A DNA stretch of 64,000 nt from Candidatus Poribacteria bacterium (lineage in GTDB: Bacteria > Poribacteria > WGA-4E > PCPOR2b): the NCBI GenBank assembly GCA_965215015.1, contig OZ244042.1:2400001-2464000 (forward strand). The letters are read 5' to 3'. Both the position numbers and the translations under genes were made by a program. Shown piece after piece: positions 48,667 through 59,346 of this stretch; position 1 is the first letter of the stretch; the number at the start of each line of letters is the position of its first letter. The notes below the pieces were generated by a model. It ran no database searches. It saw only the letters and a list, made by a program, of their open reading frames with translations, and was not told the origin of the DNA.

Positions 48667-50295
48667 TTGCCAAAAAACAACACCACCGCAGCTGCAACAC
48701 AAACCACAATTCCGTTTTCCTCCCCAGATGAGGAACAATTAGACATATCCACCCTTGAAACATGGCTATGGGACGCTGCCTGTGTCATTCGAGGGACGAC
48801 CGATGCCCCGAAATTCAAGGATTTCATCTTACCCCTGATTTTCTACAAACGGCTTTCCGATGTATTCGATGATGAATGTGCGAAACAGATTGAGGAATTC
48901 GGCGATGCAGAAGTGGCACAGGAAATCATTGACGCCGACCACCAGGACGCACTCAAGAGCGGACGCAACCCAATTGTCCGTTTTTACATCCCTCACGAAT
49001 ATTGTTGGGAGGCACTTCGCCACCATCCGGCAGATGGTCGCTTGGGAGAGTTTGTCACCGAGGCGATGTACAAAGTTGCCCGCCTAAACCCACCGTTGCA
49101 GGGGGTTCTGGACGTGGAGGACTTCAACGAGCAGCGGAGCGGCCAGCGCACCCTAGACGATGACCGACTGGAGGCACTAATTGAGGTCATAAGCCAGCAT
49201 CGACTTGGGCTGCAAGATACAGAACCGGATATCCTTGGGCGTGCCTACGAATATCTGTTGCGGAAATTTGCTGAAGGACAGGGACAGAGCGCAGGTGAGT
49301 TCTACACGCCGAAAGAGGTCGGTTGGTTAATGGCACATCTCATCAACCCCGCCCCGCACACCACCATCTACGATCCAGCCTGCGGTTCAGGCGGGCTGCT
49401 TATCAAACCTCGTCTCCTATTTGAGAGGACGCACCCGGATGAAAAGAGCGCGGCTCCCAGAATCCATGGGCAGGAACTGACCGCGACCACCTTCGCCATG
49501 GCGAAGATGAACGCCTTTCTGCACGATTTCATCGGTGCCGAGTTGCATATCGGCGACACCTTCCGCAACCCGCGTTTTGTTGCTGACGATTCGGAGCTGC
49601 AACGCTTTGACTATGTAATCGCCAATCCGATGTGGAATCAGAAAGAGTATAACGATGCCTTCTACGCGGATGATAGTTGGCAGCGATTTTCCTATGGTGT
49701 TGCACCGAGTTCATCCGCGGATTGGGCATGGGTGCAGCATATTCTCACCTCTCTGAAAGAAACAGGGCGCGCCGCTATTGTCCTTGATACCGGTGCGGTG
49801 TCCCGCGGCTCGGGCGACGAACAGACCAATCGGGAGCGCGATATCCGCAAAGGATTTGTAGAGGCCGACCTGATTGAAGGCGTGATACTTCTGCCCGAAA
49901 ACCTGTTTTATAATACCACTGCACCGGGAATCATCCTGCTGCTGAACCGCAGCAAGCCAGTGGAACGCAAAGCACAAATCCTACTTATTAACCTCTCTAA
50001 ATATTCCGTCAATGAGAAACCGAAAAATGTCTTGACCGATGAAGGGATTGATGTCGCGACGGAGGTATATCAGACGTGGGAATCCCGTGAGAAGTTGAGC
50101 GCGATTATCACACTTGAAGATGTCCGAAAAACCGATTACAACCTGAGCCCTTCCCAGTTCGTGGATGTGGGGGATAAGGTGGAACATCGTCCTATCTATC
50201 AGATTCTAGCAGATTTGACAGAAGCCCGTATCGCTCGCGAAAAGGCGGATAAGGCATTGGAGGATGTGTTGGTCCGGCTTGGACTTAGCGGATAA
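48667..50295 (+). CDS. hsdM: Type I restriction-modification methyltransferase subunit
   Basis: LWDAAC, GEFYTP, YDPACGSGG and motif IV variant NPMW; TTG start with AGGAG RBS. Confidence 0.93.
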   Translation: MPKNNTTAAATQTTIPFSSPDEEQLDISTLETWLWDAACVIRGTTDAPKFKDFILPLIFYKRLSDVFDDECAKQIEEFGDAEVAQEIIDADHQDALKSGRNPIVRFYIPHEYCWEALRHHPADGRLGEFVTEAMYKVARLNPPLQGVLDVEDFNEQRSGQRTLDDDRLEALIEVISQHRLGLQDTEPDILGRAYEYLLRKFAEGQGQSAGEFYTPKEVGWLMAHLINPAPHTTIYDPACGSGGLLIKPRLLFERTHPDEKSAAPRIHGQELTATTFAMAKMNAFLHDFIGAELHIGDTFRNPRFVADDSELQRFDYVIANPMWNQKEYNDAFYADDSWQRFSYGVAPSSSADWAWVQHILTSLKETGRAAIVLDTGAVSRGSGDEQTNRERDIRKGFVEADLIEGVILLPENLFYNTTAPGIILLLNRSKPVERKAQILLINLSKYSVNEKPKNVLTDEGIDVATEVYQTWESREKLSAIITLEDVRKTDYNLSPSQFVDVGDKVEHRPIYQILADLTEARIAREKADKALEDVLVRLGLSG

Positions 50296-50303
50296 GAAAG
50301 GTA

Positions 50304-51524
50304 ATGAGTAAGAGGAATTTAATGGAATATTGGAAGGTAGTTCGGTTAGAGGAAATTGCTGATATACGTGGAGGAACGTCGTTTCCCAAAGCGTATCAGG
50401 GCAATACAGAGGGGAAATACCCTTTTTACAAAGTGTCAGACATGAATATAGTAGGCAACGAAACTTTAATGCAAGCATCAAATAACTGGGTAGAGGAAGA
50501 TACTGTTGAGGTGCTTAGAGCAAAATTATTTTCAAAAGGTACAGTAATCTTTCCAAAAGTAGGTGCTGCTGTTCATACCAATAAGAAACGTCTCTTATCT
50601 TGCGATAGTTTGGTGGACAACAACGTGATGGGGATAACGATTCGGAATTATGACCTATGTATTCCTTATTATTTATTGTATTGGTTTCAATCTGTTGATT
50701 TAGTCGGCTTTTCAAATCCAGGCCCGCTTCCTTCGATTACTGTGACTACAGTAAAAAACGCAAAAATTCCCCTTCCCCCACTTCCCGAACAACGCGCCAT
50801 TGCCCACGTTTTACAGACAATCCAAGAAGCGAAAGCCGCACGGCAACGCGAGCTGGCCTTAGAACGCGAATGTAGAGCGGCGTTAATGGATTACCTTTTT
50901 TCATGCGGCACGAAGGGCGAACCCCACAATGTTCAACTCAAACAGATAGCTAGTTTAAGACGTGAGAATATCAAGCCGGAAGCTGATCTATACTCAAGCT
51001 ATGTAGGGCTTGAACATATTGATTCAGGTGAAAGCCAACTGAAACGTTGGGGGGATGCTTCAGAGGTAAAAAGCACAAAAAGTCGTTTTTATCCTGATGA
51101 TGTTTTATATGGTAAATTGCGAACCTATTTAGACAAGGCAGTCATTGCTGAAATGGAAGGAATTTGCTCTACTGATATTCTCGTTGTTACTGCAAACTCG
51201 AAAACGCTTCCAAGATTTTTAGTTTATCTTCTCCATACGCGTCCATTCATTAGTCATGCCGTGGCGACATCAACAGGGGTAAATCACCCAAGAACCTCGT
51301 GGAATTCTTTGGGAAGATTCACTTTCGCACTCCCCCCACTTCCCGAACAACGTGCTATCGCCCAAACCTTACAAGCCTGTGATACAAAAATCGATGCCCT
51401 TGAACAGGAAGCGGAATATCTAGACGATCTGTTCTACGCCATGCTTGACGAACTGATGACGGGGAAAAGATCTGCTGCGCCACTGATTGATGTAGAATCC
51501 GTGCAATCCACTTCATCAGTTTAA
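50304..51524 (+). CDS. hsdS: Type I RM specificity subunit
   Basis: Two TRDs, each followed by a conserved PPLPEQRAIA helix. Confidence 0.93.
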   Translation: MSKRNLMEYWKVVRLEEIADIRGGTSFPKAYQGNTEGKYPFYKVSDMNIVGNETLMQASNNWVEEDTVEVLRAKLFSKGTVIFPKVGAAVHTNKKRLLSCDSLVDNNVMGITIRNYDLCIPYYLLYWFQSVDLVGFSNPGPLPSITVTTVKNAKIPLPPLPEQRAIAHVLQTIQEAKAARQRELALERECRAALMDYLFSCGTKGEPHNVQLKQIASLRRENIKPEADLYSSYVGLEHIDSGESQLKRWGDASEVKSTKSRFYPDDVLYGKLRTYLDKAVIAEMEGICSTDILVVTANSKTLPRFLVYLLHTRPFISHAVATSTGVNHPRTSWNSLGRFTFALPPLPEQRAIAQTLQACDTKIDALEQEAEYLDDLFYAMLDELMTGKRSAAPLIDVESVQSTSSV

Positions 51525-51828
51525 TCCGTGATTCAGACAATTTTTACATGAGCGGAAAGCTTTAGGGGGCAACGTCGGGCTCCGCGTAACGTTCCGAGTA
51601 CCTTCTCGCCCAAACCCTTCGGAACGCAGTCATAGCCTGAATTTTTACACTTTTTTGTCTCTATCAAAGTCTCGCATTTACTATGAAAATTATGAAACTT
51701 TCAAACATCTCTCAATAGGGTTTACCACTGTCGGCCGACTCTTTTTTACGAAGATAAAGCGAGTTTGTTCTTGAAAACTCGGTTTCTGTTGCATAGGCGA
51801 CACCATTTAGGATCATTCAGAGAAGCTT

Positions 51829-54696
51829 ATGTCTGAACGCCCCGCTGTACAGAGTCCAATGATTAAATACGCCGATGGAATCGGTTGGGAATCTATCTCT
51901 GCCTCGGAGGCTGTGCGGATGCGCGGCGGGGAGACAGGGCGTTACTTCGCCGATGTACTAAAAACACAACTGATGAAACTCAACAGGGGGATACTAGACG
52001 AATCTCGTTGCGAGGAAATTATGCGACAGTTGCGTTTTCTCAATCCGACGTTGGAAGGAAACCGGGATGCCCTCTCTTGGCTGCGTGGAGAGAGGGCAGT
52101 TTTTGTCCCAGATGAGAACCGTGAGCGGAGTGTCACCTTGATTGATTACGATACCCCTACGAATAACCAGTTTCATGTAACCGACGAATGGACACAAAAA
52201 GGGGCAGTACACCGCAACCGTGCCGATCTTGTGTTTCTGATTAACGGGATTCCTGTGGCAGTGGTGGAGACCAAATCTGCTAACAAGCGGGAGGGATTGG
52301 CGGAAGGTGTCGATCAGATCCGCCGCTACCATCGCGAAACGCCGGAGATGTTTACCATCGCCCAACTGTTCGGTGTCACGCAACTGCTAGACTTTTTCTA
52401 CGGCGTGACATGGAACGTCAGCCGTAAAAACCTGTTTAACTATAAGATTGACGAACCCACAAATTACGAGGAGAAAGTCAAGACCTTCTTTGACCGTGAC
52501 CGATTCCTGAAAGTGTTACGAGAGTCGATTATTTTCCAGAGCAGAGACGATGCGCTGACCAAAATTGTGTTACGTCAGCACCAGGCCCGCGCTGTGGAGA
52601 AGGTGATTGAGCGAGTACACAATCCGAATAAGCGGCGCGGGCTAATTTGGCACACCCAGGGCAGCGGCAAGACCCTCACCATGATAACAATTGCGTCCCG
52701 GTTGTTGCGCGGTGGCGCGGCGGCGGAAAAGCCGACGGTGTTGATGTTGATTGATCGCAATGAATTAGAGAGCCAGCTATTTAGAAATATCACCGGCTAC
52801 GGCATCACCTCACATAGAGCCGCAAAGAGTAAGCGAGACCTGCAAGAGATTTTAGTATCCGATTATCGCGGCTTGATTGTCTCAATGATTCATAAGTTTA
52901 ACGATATACAGGCGAATATCAACACCCGCAAGGGTGTGACAGTACTGGTTGACGAAGCGCACCGAACGACCGGCGGCGATTTGGGTAACTACCTGATGGC
53001 AGCCCTTCCCAATGCAACCTATGTCGGCTTTACCGGCACCCCGATTGACAATATTTCTCAGGGCAAAGGAACCTTTAAGGTGTTCGGTGCGGACGACGAG
53101 CAGGGCTATCTGGATAAATACGCGATAGCCGAATCCATTGAAGACGGCACCACCGTTCCGTTGAATTATGCCCTTGCCCCCTCCGATTTGCAGGTTGACC
53201 GCGAAACGCTGGAACAAGAGTTTTTAAGGCTCGTGGTAGCAGAGGGTGTGAGCGATTTTGAGGAACTGGACGCGCTCCTTGACCGCGCGGTCCGGTTGAA
53301 AGCGATAATGAAAGCCCCCGATCGCGTGGATAAAATCGCCGCGGCTGTCGCCAAACATTTTCAGGAAAACGTGGGGCCGATGGGATTCAAGGCGTTTCTA
53401 ATCGCCGTGGACCGCGAGGCGTGTGCATTATATAAAACGGCACTCGATAGATATTTACCGCCAGAATATTCGGAGGTCGTCTATTCCCCTTACCATCAAG
53501 ATCCCGAAGCCATGAAAGCGTATCACCGCACCGATGACGAAGAGAAGGAGATTCGCAAAAAATTCGCTGATAAAAACGAGCCTCCCAAGATTCTGATTGT
53601 GACCCAAAAGCTGTTGACCGGCTTCGATGCTCCGATTCTTTACTGCATCTACCTCGATAAACCGATGCGTGACCATGTATTACTACAGGCAATCGCGCGT
53701 GTCAACCGCCCCTACGAGGACGACGACGGACTGATAAAACCGTACGGGTTTGTCCTAGATTTTGTCGGTATTTTTGCAAATTTGGAAAAAGCCCTCGCTT
53801 TTGATTCAGAAGAGGTGGGGAGCGTGATTCGGAATCTTGACCTACTCAAGCAACTTTTCACTAAACTAATTCAGGAGGATGCGGCACAATATTTGTCCTT
53901 TGCGAGAGGTTGGGACGATAAGGCGAAAGAGCGAGCGATTGAGCACTTTGAGGACAAGAAGGACAGAGAGGCGTTTTTCAAATTCTTCAAACAGCTGCAG
54001 GATATCTATACTATTCTTTCGCCGGACGCCTTCTTACGCCAGTTTATAGGTGATTATCAGTCGCTTGCCTTGCTCTATGGATTGATCCGTAACGCCTACG
54101 CCGACCGTATTTACGTCGATAAGGAGTTGACTGCCAAGACACGGGAACTGCTACAGCAACATACGGGCAGCGATCGGTTTGCGTTACCGGGATCTATTCA
54201 AGCGTTGAACGCAAACACATTGAGGGAAGTTGGGAACAGCGATGTGTCCGATAGGGTGAAGGTACTGAATTTGCGAAAGGTCCTGCATAAAACAGTAACA
54301 GAGGGAAGCCGGTCAAAACCGTTTCTCATTTCGATTGGGGAACGGGCGGAGGCACTTACAGAAGCGTACGAAAATCGCCAACTGACAACGCAAGAGGTAC
54401 TGGCTGCGTACAGGGAGTTAGTGGAGGAATGTGAACAGGCGTCAAGCGAACGGCTCCGAATGAACCTAGACGAAAACGCCTACGCAGTTTATACGGTTCT
54501 TAAAGAGTTTGCAGCGGACATTACCCCAGAACGGGTGCTAGAGGTCAATAGCGTGTTTGGCCAATTTCCCGATTATCAATGGAACGAACAGCAGGCCCGT
54601 GAGTTAAGAATTGAACTTTACCGTACCTTGAGACCAATTGTTACGCAAGGTGTTATGGCACCAACAAATGCCTTATTGAATATACAACGGATATGA
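51829..54696 (+). CDS. hsdR: Type I RM restriction subunit
   Basis: ADLVFLINGIP..VETK nuclease, HTQGSGKT, DEAH, GFTGTP and QAIARVNR. Confidence 0.95.
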   Translation: MSERPAVQSPMIKYADGIGWESISASEAVRMRGGETGRYFADVLKTQLMKLNRGILDESRCEEIMRQLRFLNPTLEGNRDALSWLRGERAVFVPDENRERSVTLIDYDTPTNNQFHVTDEWTQKGAVHRNRADLVFLINGIPVAVVETKSANKREGLAEGVDQIRRYHRETPEMFTIAQLFGVTQLLDFFYGVTWNVSRKNLFNYKIDEPTNYEEKVKTFFDRDRFLKVLRESIIFQSRDDALTKIVLRQHQARAVEKVIERVHNPNKRRGLIWHTQGSGKTLTMITIASRLLRGGAAAEKPTVLMLIDRNELESQLFRNITGYGITSHRAAKSKRDLQEILVSDYRGLIVSMIHKFNDIQANINTRKGVTVLVDEAHRTTGGDLGNYLMAALPNATYVGFTGTPIDNISQGKGTFKVFGADDEQGYLDKYAIAESIEDGTTVPLNYALAPSDLQVDRETLEQEFLRLVVAEGVSDFEELDALLDRAVRLKAIMKAPDRVDKIAAAVAKHFQENVGPMGFKAFLIAVDREACALYKTALDRYLPPEYSEVVYSPYHQDPEAMKAYHRTDDEEKEIRKKFADKNEPPKILIVTQKLLTGFDAPILYCIYLDKPMRDHVLLQAIARVNRPYEDDDGLIKPYGFVLDFVGIFANLEKALAFDSEEVGSVIRNLDLLKQLFTKLIQEDAAQYLSFARGWDDKAKERAIEHFEDKKDREAFFKFFKQLQDIYTILSPDAFLRQFIGDYQSLALLYGLIRNAYADRIYVDKELTAKTRELLQQHTGSDRFALPGSIQALNANTLREVGNSDVSDRVKVLNLRKVLHKTVTEGSRSKPFLISIGERAEALTEAYENRQLTTQEVLAAYRELVEECEQASSERLRMNLDENAYAVYTVLKEFAADITPERVLEVNSVFGQFPDYQWNEQQARELRIELYRTLRPIVTQGVMAPTNALLNIQRI

Positions 54697-55016
54697 AAAT
54701 CGAAGGTGTCTGGAGTGATCCAGAAGATTTGAAAGGTGCTGTGTGGGGATGGGCGGACCGCATCGGCGTGGAAGTTCGGGAGGTACATCTACGCGACATG
54801 CGGAGGAAGTGGGCATCTATATCAACGAATGGGCGGTTGACCCTCAGCACCGACTTGCTTAACCTGCCGGAAGCGTTGAGAGAGTTTGTCATCGTTCACG
54901 AATTAGTCCATCTCCTCGTCCCGAACCACGGGAAGGTGTTCAAGAGTTTCATGTCTGCCTACCTACCCGATTGGGAAGAACGGCAGCACCACCTACAAAC
55001 CTTGCCAAATGCCTAG
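54693..55016 (+). CDS. YgjP/M48-like (DUF45) metallopeptidase
   Basis: HELVH zinc motif; ATGA overlap with hsdR. Confidence 0.88.
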   Translation: MKIEGVWSDPEDLKGAVWGWADRIGVEVREVHLRDMRRKWASISTNGRLTLSTDLLNLPEALREFVIVHELVHLLVPNHGKVFKSFMSAYLPDWEERQHHLQTLPNA

Positions 55017-55178
55017 AGATCAACCCCTTCCATCCTGTAAACCAGCATCGTCCCGATGTTCTCCCCAATTGTGCCCCCGTCTAAAAAACTCAATTGTTTT
55101 CTTAGTGAGGTGTCAACTCAGATCAAAATATTTCCGTCATAGAAACAAACTAAAAATATCAAAGGAGAATAGTGCCTC

Positions 55179-57422
55179 ATGAGGAGATTTTTAATTTTTT
55201 TTCTATTTATCCTATCCATCTACCCCGTTATCGCATTTGGACAACAATCCCCAACCCCCCCCGGAGAAATTTACGGTACAGTCTATCAACGAGATCCTGA
55301 GCAGCAAGTCGCACCCGCGCAGGTCCGCATCATAGAAACAAATCAGCGCGCCACAACCGATCAGAACGGCGAATTTCGATTCCGCAACCTATCCGCCGGA
55401 AAATATACACTCACCGCCTCCGCTCCCGGTTATCGTCTGCCGGAGGATGTCGTCGTTACCATCAAGCCGGGGGAAGCAACCCAACTTAAAATTTACCTTG
55501 AGCAGATTGCAGTTATTCTTGATGAGGTAGAAGTGACGGGAGAGCGTGCCGTGCCAACCGTTGGCAGACAGAGTCTCGGTAGCTCAGAGATTCAGCGCGT
55601 TCCCGGTGCCGTAGGCGATGCCCTGCGCGCCCTGCAAGCCTTGCCCAGTATCGGCGTCGCAAACGACTTTAGCGGTGCCCTCTATATTCGCGGCGGCTCC
55701 GATGAAGATAATCTATACTATTTTGACCGGGTCCCGATCGGTTATCCCTACCATTTTGGCGGAATTGTCTCGTCCCTCAGCTCCGAAGTCATCGAGCGGA
55801 TCGATGTCTACGCCGGCGGCTATGGTGCCGAATTTGGTGTCGATTCTCAGGCGGTGATTGACATCTATTCCCGGAACAAAAACACCGATGGTTTCCGCGC
55901 AAAATTGAACCTGAACGTGCTTTACTCCGAAGGACTGTTGGAGGGCAAAGTCGGCGATCAGGGGTTCTGGTATGCTGCAGGGCGGCGGAGTTACATTGAC
56001 CTGTTCCTTGGATCGTTATCATTTGATAGTGGACAAATCACCGCCTTCCCCCGGTTCTGGGATTATCAGGTAAAGGGTGGCTATAACCTCAATGACAAGC
56101 ATCAACTCTCTCTGAACCTGTTTGCCTCTGGGGACAACTTTGCACTTAAACTGGATGGCGAGGATGTAGACGAGGATGTTAGAGGGAACATTAGCTTCGG
56201 GAGCGGCTTTGAAGGGGCTGGGGTGCATCTTCGTTCCCGGCTCACAGACCGCTTGACCTCCTTTTTATCCTTGACTCGTTCCTATTTCCAATTCGATGTG
56301 AATGTCGGTCCGGAACTTTCTCTCAAGATTGATGCACCAGATTACGTGCTCCGCGAGGATATTACCTATACCTTAACACCGAAACATCGACTTGAATCCG
56401 GCGTGATACTTGGGCTCGAACCGGGCAGAGCGACTGGCAGGTTTATCCGTCCGCCCGATGAAGGTGAGATTGATTATGATCCACGGTTTATCGAAAAGCA
56501 AATGTTCGATGAATCCGTACTTGGCAAACGGATGGAAGTGTATCTGCAGGACCGGTATCAGGTGTTGCCATTCTTGTCAGTTGTGCTCGGTTTACGTGGG
56601 GATTACTTTAACCGTGTTGACGAACTTTCCATCCAACCGCGCGGGAGTCTCCTCTTTGAAATTATGGAAGGCTCTCAACTCCAATTCTCTTACGGCAACT
56701 ATTATCAGGTGCCGGGGCCACCGCGACTTACCCAGAGCGTTGGGAACCCCGACTTGAGCACAAGCCAAGCCAGTCACTATGTATTGGAGTTCACACGCCA
56801 AGTCTCGGAAGGGACAGTGTTCAAATTCGCAGGTTATTACAAAGACCTTGCGAACCTTGTAACCAACGATGATGATATGGCCTATCTTAACCAAGGCGTT
56901 GGATTTGCACAGGGGACTGAGGTGTTCCTACGCCATCGCGCAGGGAATCGATTTTTGGGTTGGGGCTCTTACGCGTATGGGCTCTCTAAACGCCGTGACC
57001 GGCCGGGGGAACCGTATCGCTACTATTCGTTTGACCAGACGCACGTGGCTACCTTGGCAGCGACTTACAACCTCACGCCGACTTGGGAAATCGGTGTGAA
57101 ATGGCAGTACCGAACCGGCAATCCCTATACCCCGGTGCTAGATGCAATCCTTCAAACTGATCCGCGTAACGGCGAATCTATCTACATCCCAATTTACGCG
57201 GAAACAAATTCAGCGCGGCTGCCACCCTATCACCGGCTGGATGTGAAACTCAGTAAAGCGTTTCGGTTTGAGAGTTGGGAGATGCGTCTCTTTCTTGAAC
57301 TCCTAAACGCCTATAATCGCAAAAATCTGCTCGATTTCAGCTACAACGATGATTATACAGAAAAAGACGAAATCTACCAATTCCCAATCATCCCCTACCT
57401 AGGAATTACCACCGAGTTTTGA
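55179..57422 (+). CDS. TonB-dependent receptor with N-terminal carboxypeptidase-regulatory-like domain
   Basis: Signal peptide, TDQNGEF, plug (LYIRGG..DEDNL), PYHRLD, NAYN and C-terminal Phe. Confidence 0.93.
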   Translation: MRRFLIFFLFILSIYPVIAFGQQSPTPPGEIYGTVYQRDPEQQVAPAQVRIIETNQRATTDQNGEFRFRNLSAGKYTLTASAPGYRLPEDVVVTIKPGEATQLKIYLEQIAVILDEVEVTGERAVPTVGRQSLGSSEIQRVPGAVGDALRALQALPSIGVANDFSGALYIRGGSDEDNLYYFDRVPIGYPYHFGGIVSSLSSEVIERIDVYAGGYGAEFGVDSQAVIDIYSRNKNTDGFRAKLNLNVLYSEGLLEGKVGDQGFWYAAGRRSYIDLFLGSLSFDSGQITAFPRFWDYQVKGGYNLNDKHQLSLNLFASGDNFALKLDGEDVDEDVRGNISFGSGFEGAGVHLRSRLTDRLTSFLSLTRSYFQFDVNVGPELSLKIDAPDYVLREDITYTLTPKHRLESGVILGLEPGRATGRFIRPPDEGEIDYDPRFIEKQMFDESVLGKRMEVYLQDRYQVLPFLSVVLGLRGDYFNRVDELSIQPRGSLLFEIMEGSQLQFSYGNYYQVPGPPRLTQSVGNPDLSTSQASHYVLEFTRQVSEGTVFKFAGYYKDLANLVTNDDDMAYLNQGVGFAQGTEVFLRHRAGNRFLGWGSYAYGLSKRRDRPGEPYRYYSFDQTHVATLAATYNLTPTWEIGVKWQYRTGNPYTPVLDAILQTDPRNGESIYIPIYAETNSARLPPYHRLDVKLSKAFRFESWEMRLFLELLNAYNRKNLLDFSYNDDYTEKDEIYQFPIIPYLGITTEF

Positions 57423-57424
57423 GT

Positions 57425-57775
57425 AGTCACGCTATTCAACCCCCATCACGATAGACGATAAATCGCCCGACAGGAGTCGGCATACACCGTATGCCGCAAC
57501 TGTTGGGCCAATGATGGCACGCAGAGCGGTTCTACCACTGTCGGATGAACTGGAGTTGCCCGATTCATCGGGCGGCGTGAGTCGGATAGATACCAACACT
57601 GTTGTGCAACAGTGGACACCCGACACGGTTGCACAACGTTCCGGGTAGGTTGAGCCAGGGCTGTCGCGCAATATACTAGATATTTTCAATTCACCAAACA
57701 CTGTCGAGTAACACACTTGGTATTTGATGAATCACCGCCCTACGAGGGCTTGAACGTTCAACTGCGTAAGTCCTA
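57425..57775. mobile_element. Mosaic MITE/REP element ending in TGCGTAAGTCCTA
   Basis: Right end is the reverse complement of the 2448/28611 left end; REP modules inside. Confidence 0.72.
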
Positions 57776-57865
57776 CCGGTGTCCAAGGAGTGACAGAATC
57801 TTCGACGGAAACGCGAATCTGTTTGACCACTTAACCGTCCAGATAATCTTCATACGGGAGGAAAC

Positions 57866-59332
57866 ATGAGACCCAACATTCTTATCTTTATGACCGATCA
57901 GGAGCAAGCCGACGTGGTGCATCCAGACCATCCATGTATCACACCAAACGCTACAAGGTTAGCGCAGGAAGGGGTTCTCTTTCGCCGTTCATTTTGTCCG
58001 ACGGCACACTGCTGTCCCTCACGGGCAACCTTCATGACCGGCCTATATCCCAGTCGGCACGGTATCTACAACAACGTCAGCAATCCGACCGCCATCCACC
58101 ACACCCTCTACGAAGGTGTCGGGATGTTCAGTGAAGTACTACGATCTTCGGGCTATAACTTGGCATACGCCGGGAAATGGCATGTCACTGACGCAGAGAA
58201 CCCATCCGACCGTGGCTGGGAGGATTTACATGTCACAGCGGGCAAAGGCAGCTACATGCACCGCTCAGTTACCCAGTGGCAGAAGCAAGCCAAACAACCC
58301 GAATCGACGGAACGCCAGCGTGGGCAAATTCTCCGTCCCGGCTGGGGACACTATCAATTATATCAATCCTACCCGACCGACACACCGAAGGGCTACGAAG
58401 ACCATCGAGATTATCGCGTTGTGCAGTCCGGGTTGGATGCGTTGCAGCGATTATCCCAGGGAGACGCGCCGTGGTGCCTATACATCGGACCGAGCGGACC
58501 CCATGACCCGTTCATCGTACCGGAGCGATTTGCCCAAATGTATGACCCCAAAGAGATTCCGCTGCCCTCAAACTTCCACGATACACTTGAAGACAAACCC
58601 CGTGTGTATCAACGGGCGCACCGACAGTATTGGGGACAACTTTCGGAAGACGAAGTGCGCGAGTCCATCCAGCACTATTGGGGCTACTGCACAATGGAGG
58701 ACGCGATGTTTGGCGAGGTGGTTGAAGCACTGGAGGAGACAGGACAGGCGGAGAACACCCTTGTTTTACGAATGAGCGACCACGGCGATTACTGCGGCGC
58801 ACACGGCTTGTATCTCAAAGGGGTGCCTGCATTCCGTGAGGCTTATAACATCGCCACGATTGCCCGGTGGCCCCAAGGGATTGCCAATCCCAACCGCGAA
58901 GTCGATGAATTTGTCAGCCTCGCCGATTTCGCACCGACCTTCATTGAATTGGCAGGCGAATCCGTACCAGAGGACCTGACAGGCAGGAGCCTTGCGCCAT
59001 TCCTGAGAGATGAAACTCCCTCCGATTGGACGGATACATTCTACACACAGTTCAACGGTGTTGAGTTGTATTACAGCCAGCGTGTTGTGAGCACCAAAGA
59101 ATTCAAGTACGTCTACAACGGCTTCGATTTCGATGAGGTGTACGACCTCCGGAACGACCCGCACGAGATGGTGAACCTCAGCGATCACCCCGACTATCAG
59201 GAAGTAAAGCGCGATCTGGTGCGTCGGATGTGGCGATTCGCGGGACGTGAAGACGACATTATCTTCAACCCGTATGCAACAGTGGCATTTGCGCCGTGGG
59301 GGCCCGCCGATGCCTTACGGGACGAAGCGTGA
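57866..59332 (+). CDS. Cys-type sulfatase
   Basis: PNILIFMTDQ, CCPSRATFMTG (CxPxR), GKWH and SDHG. Confidence 0.95.
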   Translation: MRPNILIFMTDQEQADVVHPDHPCITPNATRLAQEGVLFRRSFCPTAHCCPSRATFMTGLYPSRHGIYNNVSNPTAIHHTLYEGVGMFSEVLRSSGYNLAYAGKWHVTDAENPSDRGWEDLHVTAGKGSYMHRSVTQWQKQAKQPESTERQRGQILRPGWGHYQLYQSYPTDTPKGYEDHRDYRVVQSGLDALQRLSQGDAPWCLYIGPSGPHDPFIVPERFAQMYDPKEIPLPSNFHDTLEDKPRVYQRAHRQYWGQLSEDEVRESIQHYWGYCTMEDAMFGEVVEALEETGQAENTLVLRMSDHGDYCGAHGLYLKGVPAFREAYNIATIARWPQGIANPNREVDEFVSLADFAPTFIELAGESVPEDLTGRSLAPFLRDETPSDWTDTFYTQFNGVELYYSQRVVSTKEFKYVYNGFDFDEVYDLRNDPHEMVNLSDHPDYQEVKRDLVRRMWRFAGREDDIIFNPYATVAFAPWGPADALRDEA

Positions 59333-59346
59333 AGAGGATCAACTTC

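Noticed and set aside
54693-55016. Peptidase attached to type I RM as a new defence system
   Set aside because: YgjP/M48 genes after hsdR are a common known arrangement
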